A DNA stretch of 64,000 nt from Camelus dromedarius (GCF_036321535.1 NC_087436.1:109122001-109186000), one strand, 5' to 3'. Counted from the stretch's first letter, positions 13,850 to 27,486 are shown. Numbers and translations: made by a program. Notes: a model not told the origin generated them from the letters alone.

Positions 13850-14205
13850 AGCCTCTGTATATCCATTTCCCCCTGCCTGGAATATTCACATGTTGTCCTT
13901 CACTTCATTAACCCTTCTAGTCAACCTCTGGAGCAGAGTTTATATATTCTCTGTTCTAAAAATTGTCTTGGAAATATCCTACCACTGGAGTAGGCTTCCT
14001 TCCTCATGCTCCTTAACATGTTATACTTAACTGATATACTGGATTTAATTGCTAATTTGCTTGTTGACACATCCCCCAAGAGCTAAAAGTTCCCAGAGAA
14101 CAGATACTGACTAATTCATCACTGCTTCCCCAGTGCTTGATACAGTGCCTGGCTGTGGTCTGTAAAGCATAAATAAAAATGTCCATAACTGATTAGCGAA
14201 TTAGT
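13850..14205 (+). mobile_element. L2 3' end
   Basis: ttcatcactgcttccccagtgcttgatacagtgcctggc. Confidence 0.65.
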
Positions 14206-14619
14206 ATTACACTCAGTGACATTTAGGTTCTCAAGCAAAGTTACTTACTTAATAGATGCTTGATGTCTTTCTCAGGACATATTACATGAAAATATCATCA
14301 TCTACTCTGGTAAATTAAGACCATCATGTACTTATTCTTTGCTGCCCAAAAATACGGTAAAAATACTCTTTTTGTGATCCAAATATCTTTACTGAGATCA
14401 GTAAGATAAAGGTAAGAAAAAAGTTCGGATGATTGTGTTAGTGTAATTACTAATATTTCAAGTGGAAAACAGTCACTGAAAATCTTTATTCGGCCCAAAC
14501 AATAGTCTTGGTATCAGCTGATGGGCTTAAAAACTCTTTCATTCTCTCAATATGAGGCACAAGGATATGTGTGAGTTTCATGATCTAGTCAATAAGACAT
14601 GGATACCAACCAAGAAATA

Positions 14620-15120
14620 CTAATTTTCTGAATGTAGTGCCGTGAGTTTGTGTCAGGAATTGCACTATGCATCTGCTGAGACTTATCAAAAATGTGATGC
14701 TATTTTCTCATCAAAATAATTGCAATATAGTAAAGAAGACCAAGTATGTATGTACGAATACATGGCAAACACAAACTCAAGATGACATGCATCAGGAAAT
14801 TAAATAATGAGACAGGACAAGAGTGAGGTGACATATAAATCAGGAAATGCTTTTGCAAGGGGAAGGCATTTGGGTCTTAGGAAAAGTGATGCGGAAGGTT
14901 TGTTAAGAAGAGATGGAAATTTGTTTCTAAAGAAGAGACCAGCATGGGGAGACCAGAGACACACAAGTATATACAGGGTGACATCACAGGGAGTGAATGT
15001 CAAGAAGACAGGATTTTGCTGCATTTAACAGTTAATCAGAAGGAAAGAGAGGTTGTGTTTGGATTCCAGAACATTCAAATATGACTGTGGAGTTTTCAGT
15101 TAATCTTATTATCAGTAAGA
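14620..15120 (-). mobile_element. L2 relic
   Basis: gtgtcaggaattgcactatgc and purine-rich reverse L2 body. Confidence 0.4.
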
Positions 15121-15509
15121 AACAAGATAAGCAAGTAATAAAACAAGATGAAACAAAAGTTTCAGAAATCTTCATGCAAGAATGACTAGGCAACATCTAA
15201 CTACTTCAGAACAGAAAATTCTGTCTTCTCCTCCCCAACTGTTGTAAATGAAAAGTCATTGTCCATGTGTATATTCAATTCTGACTTTATAAAAACTTCT
15301 GGTCTATAAAGATAGCCAATCATCACACTTTCCTCCCAGAATCTATAGATCTCAACAAAAAAAGTGATCCTTGGTAATTATGAAAACATTTTCAGTGGAA
15401 GACAAGCTTCACTTGAAGAAAACCTACAAATCTATGATTGATAAATAAAATTGGCAAACATCAAATCTCAACAAATTATAAACCCCCCAAAGAGAAAATT
15501 TTTGTAAAT

Positions 15510-15790
15510 AGATTTTAACAGCTTTACTGAGATAAAATGTACATACCTACAAGAGTATCAGTTTAAACCATATATATCAATGGTTTTCAGATTATTTAGA
15601 GTTGTGTAGCAATCATCATAATCTAATTTTAGAATATTTTCATTACTCCCAGAAGAAACCTTGTACTTATGAGTAGTCACTCCCTTTCCTTCCCCCCGTT
15701 GTAGCATGTATCCACAGTTAATTTTTTATTGTCAAATAACATTCTGCTGTATAGACAAACTTGCTTATCCACTCTTCCATTGATACATGC
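15510..15790 (-). mobile_element. Old L1 (L1MB/L1ME-like) 3' end
   Basis: ttttaacagctttactgagataaaatgtacatac...tctaattttagaatattttcattactcccagaagaaacc. Confidence 0.8.
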
Positions 15791-17681
15791 AATAGGCTTT
15801 GTAAGACAAAATATTAGTAACTACTTGTGCTAGGGACTAGTATACTTAATATGCTCTTTGAGTCTTTTGTGATAGTTTTGTACTTAGTTTAATGTTTTTG
15901 TATTTTAGTATAACAGAAGCCCAGTTATAGGGCCATGGCCATCGAGGAGTGGGTCCTACTTTAGATCATCTTGAGTCCTTTCACATACCATCCTCTCTTA
16001 GAAGACTTCTTTGCTTTGGTTCAACTCTGTACAGTGAGTTATAGTGTTCTTTCCTTCATTTTCCCTGCATATACCCACAACAGCTCTACAATACATGACA
16101 TATTGTTTTGATCATGCTCACAGAATTTGCATAGGCTATAAAAACAGCTCTTGATTTGTTTTGTTTTGAACTTGGGATAAAACTGTATCCAAAAATAGGA
16201 ACAGAAGTATTTCCCTATCACTGCTTTTTATCCACAAATGCATACCCAAACTGATGCCGATCTAAATAAATATTACATTACATTCATATGTATTTTTTCC
16301 ATATGTATGGACGTGTGACAGAGAAAGACAGAGACACAAGAAAGAGAAAGAGAGAGAGAGAAAAAAGAGAAAGATACAGAGAAATAAAAGCTCACTGTCT
16401 GAAAACATGGGTATATAAAGAGATATATATTAGTTATGTAGATATCTTACTTATTTCTCACTACTTATAATGTAGGTAGAAAAAATGTAAAATATTATGA
16501 TCTAAGAAGTTTTTCTTTCCAGATTTAAATAGACCTCAATGTTTTCCCTTTAAACAATCCTATATTATAATTCCTAATGATAATTTTAGAAGCCTCACTT
16601 GAAGTATTCTCTGGAAAATTCTCCAGAAAATTTATTTTAAGAAGGAGGTAGAATGAAAATAATTGGAAAATGCATTTCTCCAAAGCACTCTTTATAGAGC
16701 CTCATTTAATCCTTCTATTCCGAAAAAATAAAGGCAACTACTTTCAAGGAAACACTCTTTTTCATCAGCACAGCTTTCTTACTTGTTCTAAAGATTTCAA
16801 AAAGGTAGAATGTAATCTAATGGTGCTAAAATACTGTATCAGCTTTTAACAAAAAAGCCAATACTGCAATGCTGCTGTTTTATTGCTCACGACGTATGGT
16901 TTCCAGTTGAGCATCCCATTAACCTTGGAGTGCAATGATATCATTTTAATTATATAAATTGAAACAGCAATGTATAATACTTATATCATGTAAAAATGGT
17001 TTCGCTTTATGTGAAAGTGTCTAAACTATCTTTTACTATGAAGCAATAAATTTGCTTTAGACGGCAAACCTGCCTGTAAATTTAATTACTGGTAATTTTA
17101 TTTTCCTCCACAGTTTAACCTCTCTTAGAGTATGACCAGGAATATCATAAATCTGTACTCCCATGGACTACTTTGGAAACTACTCAGTAATGATAAATTA
17201 GTGTTTGCCCTGATTTTCACTTATAAAAGCAAATAAATATAAATGTGGGTAGGAAATAATTGTGCCAACCTATAAAAGCCATCACAGCTAAAATTCCTAA
17301 GTTGTTAAAAAAAAAAGAGTATAGTTTACTTAAGGAAACTTTTTATTATAATATACAATCGAATAATACATTGCATGTAAGATAACTATTTTTATGCATC
17401 CAAAGATCCAAACAGCTATGTGCAGATAAGAAGAAAAAAAAAGTTTCATGTGAGACAGAGATGTCTGTGTTAGTTCAAGAGAAAGACTAGTTTATATGTA
17501 GTAAAGTCTTGTATTACACATTCATGGAGTTATTTAGTATCATTAGAGTATCTCAAGCATCACATCCCAAGGAACTCTTGCAAGTTTGGGGAAAGGCTGG
17601 GAGGTGTAGGAGAATTATTCCCCATCAGTGCTTTCTCTCCTTCCCCAGAATTCACTACAGGGTAGTTATTCTAAAGGGGGC

Positions 17682-17705
17682 AAAAAAAAAAAAAAAAAAA
17701 AAAAA
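17682..17705. repeat. poly(A)24
   Basis: Seen directly. Confidence 0.95.
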
Positions 17706-17737
17706 GCAAGGTTGTGAAGGTGAAAGTTAGTACATTT

Positions 17738-17906
17738 CAGATAAACAACAAGGTCCTACTGCATAGTGCAGGGAACTATATACAATAGCTTGTAATAACC
17801 AATAACGAAAAAGAATATAGCTATGTATGACTGAATCAGTATACCGCACACCAGAAACTAACACAACATTGTAAATCAACTACACGTCAATAAAAATAAA
17901 ACAAAA
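17738..17906 (+). mobile_element. Cetartiodactyl-type L1 3' end
   Basis: agataaacaacaaggtcctactg...cagggaactatatacaat...caccagaaactaacacaacattgtaaatcaactac...aataaaa. Confidence 0.9.
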
Positions 17907-18014
17907 GGAACCCCTGAGAGTCACTGCCAGAAGAAAAGAAAGTACATTTGAATCTTAATTAAATGTGACACACACCGGCAGAGAACAACCCTATGTCTTC
18001 CGCCGAAAAGAGAG

Positions 18015-18240
18015 AAGAGCACAGCCTGTGTGTAAGAGCCACGTCACTCAGACCAGAGCATCAGGACCCACATCTGGGCTCTGCCACCTCCTGTCTCTCT
18101 GACCAGTCCACCTCTCTAAACCTTCACCCCTTTGTCGGTTCAGTGGGGATGATAAAACCACCTACTTCATAAGGTTATTTCTTGGAAGAGCTGGGATAAA
18201 GCTTGTGCAATGCTTGGTGGGGTGTTCAGCGCGGAGCAAG
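18015..18240 (+). mobile_element. MIR SINE relic
   Basis: ggctctgccacc...tggggatgataaaaccacctacttcataaggtt. Confidence 0.6.
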
Positions 18241-19539
18241 CACCAGAGAAAACCTAGATTTGCCCCAGCCACGTGCACCTCTGCAGTTTCTCTCTGTTCC
18301 CGCCACTTCAGGGTGAAGCTGAAGGCTTGGTCTCTGCCTTTATCATCCAAGAGTTCTGGATGCGCTCTTCATTCGCTCTACAACCTTGCACTCATTTTTT
18401 TTAACTTCTCTATGCTTTAATTTCCTAATCTTTAAATTAAGACGAATATTTAAGACATACTTCATAGGGGTCTTCCTTCTCCCTATGAAATACTTCACAC
18501 AGGACCTCACAAGTATTACTAATATTCAGTCAGTGTTACATATTATCATTGTAATGTGGAAATATATACCAACAAACAGGATTTCGGAAGATATCCTATA
18601 ATTTAGGGAAAATTTTAGCATACCAATTGTATCTATAAAAGTACAATTTAGCATAAAATAGAAAAGCCTTTTGCACAGTTAAACACTGTCTCTGTGAATT
18701 ATATTGCTGTCATTACCAATAAATACTTAAAACAATCTCAGTGAGTTGTGAGCTATTTTAAGGTACATTTTAAATTCAGGGAATTTAAATTCATCCTATA
18801 CAGTTTCTGCATTACAAAGCAGGATAAGAGGTTCATAACCTGTATCCGGATATGTCATAATGGTCTGAATGTAAAAAAGCCATTTTATAATTTTTGAAAG
18901 GCAATCTTAAGCTAATGTTTCCACTTAATGCACAAACCACCCTTGATTATGTAGCTAGCAGACATTTTGAGATCCAAAGCCACGTTTTCATGATACCGTG
19001 ATTTCCGAACTGTATCTAAAAAAGAACTAACTACAGATATAAAATCTGAAAAGCAACTTCTGGTTCTGAATTCAGTGAGCTACCCTGGGTGGGGCTTCAG
19101 AGATGGAGGGAGTTGGGGTGGGCACTGGGATGGCCATCACCCCTGGCCCCCTGCTCTCCCAGGAGAAAGATCTTAACTCAGAAGCATCAGTGGGGGGTGC
19201 GGCTCACGGCCGGCTGCCCGCTTTCCCCAGAGCACCATGTTGATGGGGCCGAAAGGAAACGGTCAGAGTGCAGAGAGAATTAAGCAAGATGTGGAAAATC
19301 AAAGAAACAACACAGAGCTGTGTTGAAGAAAGAAAGAGGGAGAAAAGAAGAAGAGGGCAGGGGGAGACCAGGCGTCAGAAGAGTGGGATGGCAAAGCAAG
19401 AGAGGATGAGATTAAGAGGAAAAACTGATCAATGGTGCAGGTAAAACAAACAGCAAGACGACTTGTGCAAAAGAAGAAATCAGAACAGAACAGGTTTCAA
19501 ACGGCACAGTTTCTTCCTTTCACATACTTCGTAGGAATG

Positions 19540-19750
19540 TGCTTCTACTCAGACATGTTCTATTGTTTCAAAGATAACACGTATTTATTATTCACAACAC
19601 TGAGAAGCAGGCACTGTTACTGCCAACACACAGAGGAGGAAGTGGAACCTTTAGAAATTAAGGGAAGTTGCTCTCAGCATTTAACAGAAATTGGGGGTTC
19701 AGAAGTGAACAGAAATGAGCCAAAATGAGCCAGGCTGGATTTGTTCTGGG
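19540..19750 (-). mobile_element. MIR SINE relic
   Basis: ttcacaacactgagaagcaggcactgtt...acagaggaggaagtgga...agaaattaagggaagttgc. Confidence 0.55.
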
Positions 19751-20596
19751 TTTGGAAAGATGTGAGGAGTGTGCATGAGAAAAAGTACAAAGGCACGGAA
19801 TATACACACTTAACACACCATCCACACCTATCCACTTTGGAGCGTTGTTTCTTTCTCTTGTGACGCAAGGTTTCACAATTAGAACAGCTCATCAATTCCA
19901 CTTTGACCATGTCAGATTCTACCTTTTCAAGAAGGCAAAATCTACTTTAAAACTTCGAATGCAGCTCAAATACTTTGTTTTTCTTTGCCAGCTCTCAGCA
20001 GGTATTTTAACCCACTGTACTTTACTGAATCTCTTTTCTATGATGTATGTCACGGCGTTTCACAGTTTAAGTTGATGGAGAATGTACTCCAGCACTACTG
20101 ACCGTTCCATTTGCTTAAAGCTCTATTTAGATGCCAGTATAAACCCAAACACAATTGTGCTGTGTAAGTCAATCTATCCGCCATCGAATCCATTCTGCCC
20201 AACAACTGTTCCAAAAAGGCACTTAAATCAATTTGCTACAAAAGTACTGCATAAAATGATAAATGTGCAAACTCTGCTTAGTTGTTATATATAGAAAATT
20301 AGCTGCAGCAGATTCAGGGCTCACATTTGAGTGCAATTCTCAGTCCCAGTGTATCTTCGTGAGGACTATTCATTGATAAAATAATTCCAACACACACGTG
20401 TGTATTAGTAGGAGATTAACCCACCAAGTATGAATAGTTTTCTATTTACAAGAGCTCAGAAAATTGTGTACATTTACACAAAATCCAATACATCCTTTTC
20501 AGATTGTAGTATTTCTTTTAGCTGTGTTAGCAGGGGGAAAAGGGGCCATCTGCAAAATGAAGCATTGTCTGCACTACCTGAGATCAAAAAAATTAA

Positions 20597-20766
20597 AAGT
20601 TTATTTTCCATGTCTGTGAGTCTGTTTCTGTTCTGTGAATAAGTTTGGGATTAGCAGATACAAACTACTATACATAAAATAGATAAACAACAAAGTCCTA
20701 CTGTTTAGCACAGGGAACCATATTCAATATCCTGTAATAAACGGTAATGGAAGAGAATATGAAAAA

Positions 20767-20820
<54 letters not shown>

Positions 20821-20880
20821 ATCACTTTTCTACACACCAGAAACTAACTCAATGTTGTAAATCAAGTACGTGTCAATGAA
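20597..20880 (+). mobile_element. 5'-inverted (twin-primed) L1 3' end with internal (AT)24
   Basis: 20597-20645 is the reverse complement of the L1 segment aacttatt..acagaaacagactcacagacatggaaaataaactt; 20642-20880 is the forward L1 3' end; (AT)24 at 20769-20816. Confidence 0.85.
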
Positions 20881-21207
20881 TTTTTTTAAAGTTGATGAAT
20901 TAATTCCAAAGAAATCATAACCTTAACACGGAGGGGGAAATGGGTTTTGATTTATCCCCCACAGAGAAGTCACATGGGTCATAGCAGAGAGTGGGACTAA
21001 GGGACAGCTACTGACAGTGGACTGAATTCAGGCAGGTAACGTAGTGTAGCCTCCAGTACTGGTGAGTAATCCATGCCACACCAGTGACCTGTGTCCGGGC
21101 TAAGGCTGCTAGGGGACTTTAAATTGAAGAAAATAAAAACCTTTTATGGAGGTTTAACAAATATGCGTATTTGTAGACACATGCACAAATGTGCATTATT
21201 TTAATAT

Positions 21208-21645
21208 TCTTTTTTTGAAGTATAATTGATTTACAATATATTAGTTTCAGGTGTACAACAGACTGACTCCAGTATTTTTACAGATTCTCCAATAAAAGTT
21301 ATCACAAATGAATGGTTATAATTCCCTGTGCCATATAATATATCCTTATTACTTATCTATTTTACACCTAGTAGTTTGTATCTTTTAATCCCAGATCCCT
21401 AATTTTTCCCTCCTCCTTCTCTCTTCCCTTTGGTAACCACTAATTTATTTTCTATACCTGTGAGTATTTTTCTGTTTTGCATATACATTCATTTGTATTA
21501 TTTTTTAGATTCCACATATAAGTGACATCATACAGTACTTGTCTTTCTCTGTGTGACATATTTCCCTAAGCATAATATTTTCTAGGTCCATCCACATTAC
21601 TGCAAAGGGCAGAATTTCATTCTTTTTATAGCTGAGTAATATTTC
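21208..21645 (-). mobile_element. Cetartiodactyl-type L1 3' end
   Basis: tttttttgaagtataattgatttacaat...ttagattccacatataagtgacatcatacagtacttgtctttctctg. Confidence 0.92.
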
Positions 21646-23852
21646 AATATTTTAATATTCATATTCTTCCATTTTGGATGAATTTGAATTTTTTACTTTT
21701 TTGTAAGAATAGATTATTCTGAGACAAATACTGAGGACTCTCTTTTTCTTTTGTTACTCTAGTTAACTACACCTCAAATATATATTCAGGTGCTGTAACT
21801 GATGATATTATGAATTGTGAAATACACAGCATAAAGTTCACTGTGTTACAGGGAGGAGTGTAATTCAAAATCAAATGTTAGATTTAGACTTGAGCTTTTT
21901 GAATATATTTAATGAACAGAATATCTTTGTGCAATTCTTTGTAACATTTTGACTCAGCAGAGAAGGTTGCTAAAATTGGAAGAGAGTTAAAAAATTCCTT
22001 TATGTATTATTTGCATAATTAATAAAATCCTCAACCCTAGCTGGATCAAAGTTTCCCTCTTCATCAGAAATACATGTATACGGTGTTCGGTAGAGCAGAG
22101 CTTTGAAAACAGGATATGGTCTCCTCCATCTGGAGCGGTTTGCATGTTCTCTGACCATAGGTAAGGGGATGAAATGAAGTGATACTTCCAGGTTCCTTCT
22201 ACTCCAGGGGCTACCATTTGCACTTTCTGATTAATTAGCACGATAGATCATAAGAAATTCAGGTCGAATACAATGGACTACAACCGTAAATATCTAAAGT
22301 GTGGCTTAAAATAAAAAATGTCAATACAAAATTAATTTGTGATGCTCTGTTTTTAACGTCCCATTGAATGAAATGTAGCCCAGTATTACAGAATATCTGC
22401 ATGGCTCAGTCAGTTTGATGGGGTTTTTATATTCATCCTTGGAGCATCACTTAGAGAAGAAAAGTAACACCGCTTTCATTTTACATACGGAGAGGCTGAA
22501 GTCTAATGGTCTGCTAGAGATAAAAGACGTAGCATCAATATGCAAGAAGATTCAGTTGCCCAACTCTATTTTGATCAAGTTCAGAATTTATCAAAGGTAC
22601 TTTTCCTCCATTAAGGAAACTGAAGTTGATGACTGAAAAAAAGGTTACAAGTTCTTGTTCACCGACTATACTCTTGGCAGGTTAGACGTTTCAAATCATG
22701 TTCTTAGGAATTCGGATAAAAAGACTGAGCTGTCAATTCTGAAATAAGTCACAGCAGTGGGCTCCAGATTGCATTTTAATTTTTTAGCATTAGTTATTAA
22801 TTAAATAGCTTCATGATTGTATTTTTAAATTTAAATACTCTGTCATACCACTTTTGTTTTTCCTTATAATACTTCCAGTTGCTAACTTTTCTTTTCAATT
22901 CCTTAATAGTCTAGCTAATACTTGTATTATTGATGTCCTATTTTCTTCTTTCTAAGCAAATTTAAAAAAAAAATGTTTTCTCTCTGTAAATTAGAAAACA
23001 ATGCAACAGGGTGAAACTTACACATTGTGTCTACTTTTCAAATAATCTGACTGAATAAAAAATGTTTAACAATTAATTCCCCAGGGACAAAGTTTCCCAA
23101 TAAATAAAAAATATTAAGAATAACTCAAAAACTAAATTAAGTTTTCAAATGCTCCTCCCTAGATTTCTTTCAGTCCCTGAGCATTTAGACTATCACCATT
23201 TTCACAGTTAATAATAACAATTAGAAGCAATGGAGGTAATTTTCAAGAAAAGCAATGACTCTTCACAATACATACATAAATCAAAACGGAAGACCCTTAC
23301 AGGGATGACTGGAATATGCTTTTCCTGTTCCCACAAAGATAAAGTAATTCTGAAAAATCACACTCTGCGTTGTTTAAACAGCTATGGCCATTGGATCATA
23401 CCAACGTGTGGACTAGTAAATGCACAATCAGGGTGTTTAGTGCCATTAAACTAGTGCGTTATTAGCACATCACTGTCAGTGAATATTTTTGAAAGATTAG
23501 GAAATACGTCAATTTCTTAAGTCTCTCAGGAAGACAACAGACAGCAAGTTAAGCAGACAGACACCGATTCGCACACGCTACTTTCTGGGCTTTCAGTGTG
23601 ACTGCGTGGGTGCGGGCTTGGTGAGACCACAGCCGACGAAATCTGCATTTCCTTTTGACCAATCGTTATTCTCTTTCTTCAGACTCATTCTTAACATTTT
23701 TTCATTGAGGAAGATCTGTAGATTCCTCTAATAGGATTTCCCATTCCTTTCTCTAGTGAGTCAAGTCGTCAAAAAATGCAACGATTCTCACTTCATTGCT
23801 ACTGTGAAGCAATTGCTTCTGAATTCATTTTCTGCTTTATTTATCAAGGGTT

Positions 23853-23888
23853 TGTGTGTGTATGTGAGAGAGAGAGAGAGAGAGAGAG
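23853..23888. repeat. (TG)n(GA)n compound microsatellite
   Basis: Seen directly. Confidence 0.9.
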
Positions 23889-25689
23889 GCAGGTGTTTTT
23901 TAGGTTTTACTTCTTTCTAAAGAACAGTTTCTTTTCAACTAGCCATGCCTTGGCAAACAAAGATGCTCTGCCTTCCTGTAGCCCCCTTCTCTGCAGAAAG
24001 GGCACATATCTGTTGGCTCTCAGCAGCAGTTTGCAACCTACTTCTTTCCATGAAACACAGCATACGGCCCCTTCCCATGAGAATGTCTTACCGATTAGCT
24101 CCATCTTTTCTCCCCAAACCAAGAAAAGATGCTGGGATTCAAATGAGAGCCATGTTATAAAATGGATAACCTTGAGCGGACTTTAAAAAATAGAATCTTT
24201 GGAAATAAAGCTACTTCAGCTGCTCTGATATGTTACTCATGATGGTGCTCACCACGGATCACCACAGCAAGAGCAGGGACCTCTGCATCTTGGACAGTGG
24301 CATCTGCCCGGCCCCTTCTCCCTTGAACACCAGGTGCCCAGATCTCTCACCGCAGGCTCTGGCTCCTCACAGCATGTGCTGCCTTCCCATCTGACAAGCC
24401 AAACTGTTGGGCTTAAACACTGTTAACAAGAAACCTAGGAGTTTTTTGTTAATAGTCATAGGAAGTCAGAATCTTGCGGATTATGTGTGACTAACAAGGA
24501 AAGAGGATCAATATTGTGTGTCCGAAGGATGGCCTTCCGGAGAACACTGTTTCTTTCTGCAAAACCACCTCCTTTAAGCAGGCATTTATCAGGGCCACCT
24601 TTGTTTCTGCCCTGCTCACAGTTCCTACATATCATGGACTCCTAGGTTCTGCCTCTAACTTTTTCTCCTGCCCTTGTTCTGGGAAAAAAAAATAACAACA
24701 AATTAGACCAAAAATGAAAATGTATATTTTCATCTTTCTCATTTGATCCAATAAAGAGAAGCTGGGTATATACTGGATTTTCTGAACATCATTTATTTTG
24801 ATGGTGTTACCTATTCACTCTCTGTACACAAAGTTGTAAAAATATGAATAGCTGGTCTTAAATTCAGGATTAGAATATTTTGCTTTTAGAGTTTAGCTAA
24901 CTATTTGAAAAGATAAATATGTAAGGAAGGGGCCCTTCTGAGACAGCGATTCGATTAAATAATGCATATTTTCTTTGATCTGTTCTTAATTTGCAATTTG
25001 AAATGGTAAAGTCCTCACTTTTAAAAGCTGCCTGATTCATTTCTGACAGTAAGGAAAGAGATACTTGGATGGTTCATTTTGCATACTGACTTTTGGCTTT
25101 TCTTGGCTCCAGACTGGCTGGAGGTCCTGGATACAATTTCAAACACTTTTTTCCAGACTTCTCCCACTATTGCCGCTTCATTCTTTCTTCTTCATTATCC
25201 ATCCCCTAAAAAGTAGTACTTCGTCACACATAGTCCCCATTTCTAGGTGGAAGTGGTGTTCCAGGGCTGATGGGGACCATGTAACATTCTATTGGGTTGA
25301 TCTCGCCTTTACTGCAAAGCAGAGACAGTTGGGGCTACCCCAAAACCCAAAGTCCCCAAGCTCATGGCTCAGCTCTGCTGTTAACAACACTGGCTTCAGC
25401 CTTCCACCGCTCGCCTCCAGAGACATGCTGCCTTAAGTGGGCAAACCGCTGAGAAAATTCCCATCTGACAACTGGCTACGAAGAAGGGTCAAAGGAATTA
25501 ACCCACGGTTAAGGAGGCAAGGGCTTGCTTAAGTACTTTAAGCACACAGACAGTTGTGCACACAGATTTGAGCAGCTGGATTCTATCTCCGATGATGAAT
25601 GGATAAGAGCAACGCTCCAGTGGGAATGATGGCTTTTAGACAAAAAGGAAGACGTCTCCATAGAATTTAGGAAGCATCCACTATGGGCC

Positions 25690-25850
25690 TTTACATTTTG
25701 TTTTATTCATCTCACCCCATTTGACACCCTTAGGGAATTTGAAAGGAAACTAAGGTTAGAGATTCACTTCATTCATCCAAGTTTGCAAAACAAGCAAGCG
25801 GCAGGACTTGTGTTAGAAGCTAATCGTACAGACGTGAGAGGTCCTTTCCA
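25690..25850 (-). mobile_element. MIR relic
   Basis: aggaaactaaggttagagattcact. Confidence 0.4.
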
Positions 25851-26693
25851 CTGCAGCAGTGATTCTTATACTTCACGAGGGCAGAGGGAACTGAGAACTC
25901 ATGGAAACTCACAAAATCTGTGGAACTGATCCTGGAAAAATACACATGGACACAGCCAAGGTCATACACCCGTGTCTGCAGCTGGTGCACAAAGTACAGA
26001 GCCTGACGCCTCCCGGTGACGAAGTGTGCGGCTGCTAACAGAGTAACAGCAGGAGCCGGGCCTGCTCACGGGATGAAAGCAATAACGTGCAGAAGAAACG
26101 GCAATACCGAAAAGCGAGGCGCCGGCATAAGCCCCTTTCAGGCTTCTGATTCGACGTAAACCCTTTTTACCATGTTCTATAGTGTTCAGTAAACACCCCT
26201 ACAGTTCTGACTTGTGGAAAATACACTTAATTTTAAAACATTCTCTAAAATATCTTTTTAAAAAGGATCCAAATTAATAGTAGAAATAAACAGTGCATTC
26301 TTGAAAGTATGATGTTCAGGTAAGAAATATCTCCTTTTAAAGTAGCACATTAATATAAAAACATGATTCTGGAAAGGGTCGTCTTCAAGCACATTGAATT
26401 ACTGGAGCAGAAAACAATTTATCATTTTAATCGCAGATAATTTCATAACAGGGTTGGGTGCAGAGCTCTCTGCATTAATGGCCAGGAGAGGGGCAGGGAG
26501 GATGGGGGAGACAGACATGGCTGTTTGCAGGTGGGGCTCACCAGTGCCGCCGGCGCTCTGCTTAGTCACCCCTCCAAAGCTCCCTGCCATGTACTAGATA
26601 CGGAGGGGACACATTTTGTGTCCAAGTAACAGGGTTGATGCCATTAGAGATACAAAGAAAGTGTGCGTTAGGATATCTGGACAGAATGAATTT

Positions 26694-27127
26694 AAATTGG
26701 AGATTGTCATTCTAAGTGAAGTAAGCCAGAAAGAGAAAGAAAAATACCAAATGATATAACTTATATGTGGAATCAGAAAAAAAAAAGACAAATGAACTTA
26801 TTTATAAAACTGAAACAGACTCACAGACATAGAAAACAAACTTACAGTTACTGGGGCAGGGAGGAAGGGAGAGAGAAGGGATAAATTGGGAGTCCGAGAT
26901 TTACAGATACTAATACATATAAAATAGATGAACAACAAGTTCATACTGTATAGAACAGCGAACACTATTCAATATCTTGTAGTAACTTACGATGAAAAAG
27001 AATATGAAAATGAATATATGTACGTTCATGTATGACTGAAGCATTATGCTGTACACCAGAGACTGACACAACATTGTAAACTGACTGTACTTCAAAAAAA
27101 AAAATATATATATATACACAAAAAAAA
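26694..27127 (+). mobile_element. Young camelid-type L1 3' end
   Basis: ggagattgtcattctaagtgaagtaagccagaaagagaaagaaaaatacc...gctgtacaccagagactgacacaacattgtaaactgactgtacttcaaaaaaaaaa. Confidence 0.93.
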
Positions 27128-27242
27128 TCTTAAAAGATATTACAGAGACATGGGCATTGGGGAGCAAGTGCAGAGATGAGGGACCCACAGTTTCAGAGAA
27201 AGCTTCACAGAAGAGGTAGACCTGGCAACTGTAGAAAGAGGG

Positions 27243-27486
27243 TGGGAAGGGATAAATTTGGGAATTCGAGATTTGTAAACATTAACCACTATATATAAAA
27301 ATAGATGAAAAACAAATTTTTTTCTGTATAACACAGGGAACTGTATTCAACATCTTGTAATAATCTTTAATGAAAAAGAATATGAAAACAAATATATGTA
27401 TATATATGTGTATGATGGGGACATTACGCTGTACACCAGAAACTGACACATTGTAACTGACTATACTTCAATAAAAAAATAATAAA
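27243..27486 (+). mobile_element. Second young L1 3' end with TSD, inserted in an L2 relic
   Basis: gggataaatttgggaattcgagatttg...tatacttcaataaaaaaataata; flanked by aaagaggg at 27235-27242 and 27484-27491. Confidence 0.92.

Noticed and set aside
20572..20599. Recursive-splice-like site on the minus strand (ttttaatttttttgatctcag|GTAGTG)
   Set aside because: The regenerated donor GTAGTG is weak compared with GTAAG/GTGAG of known recursive sites, and the T tract overlaps an L1 target site.
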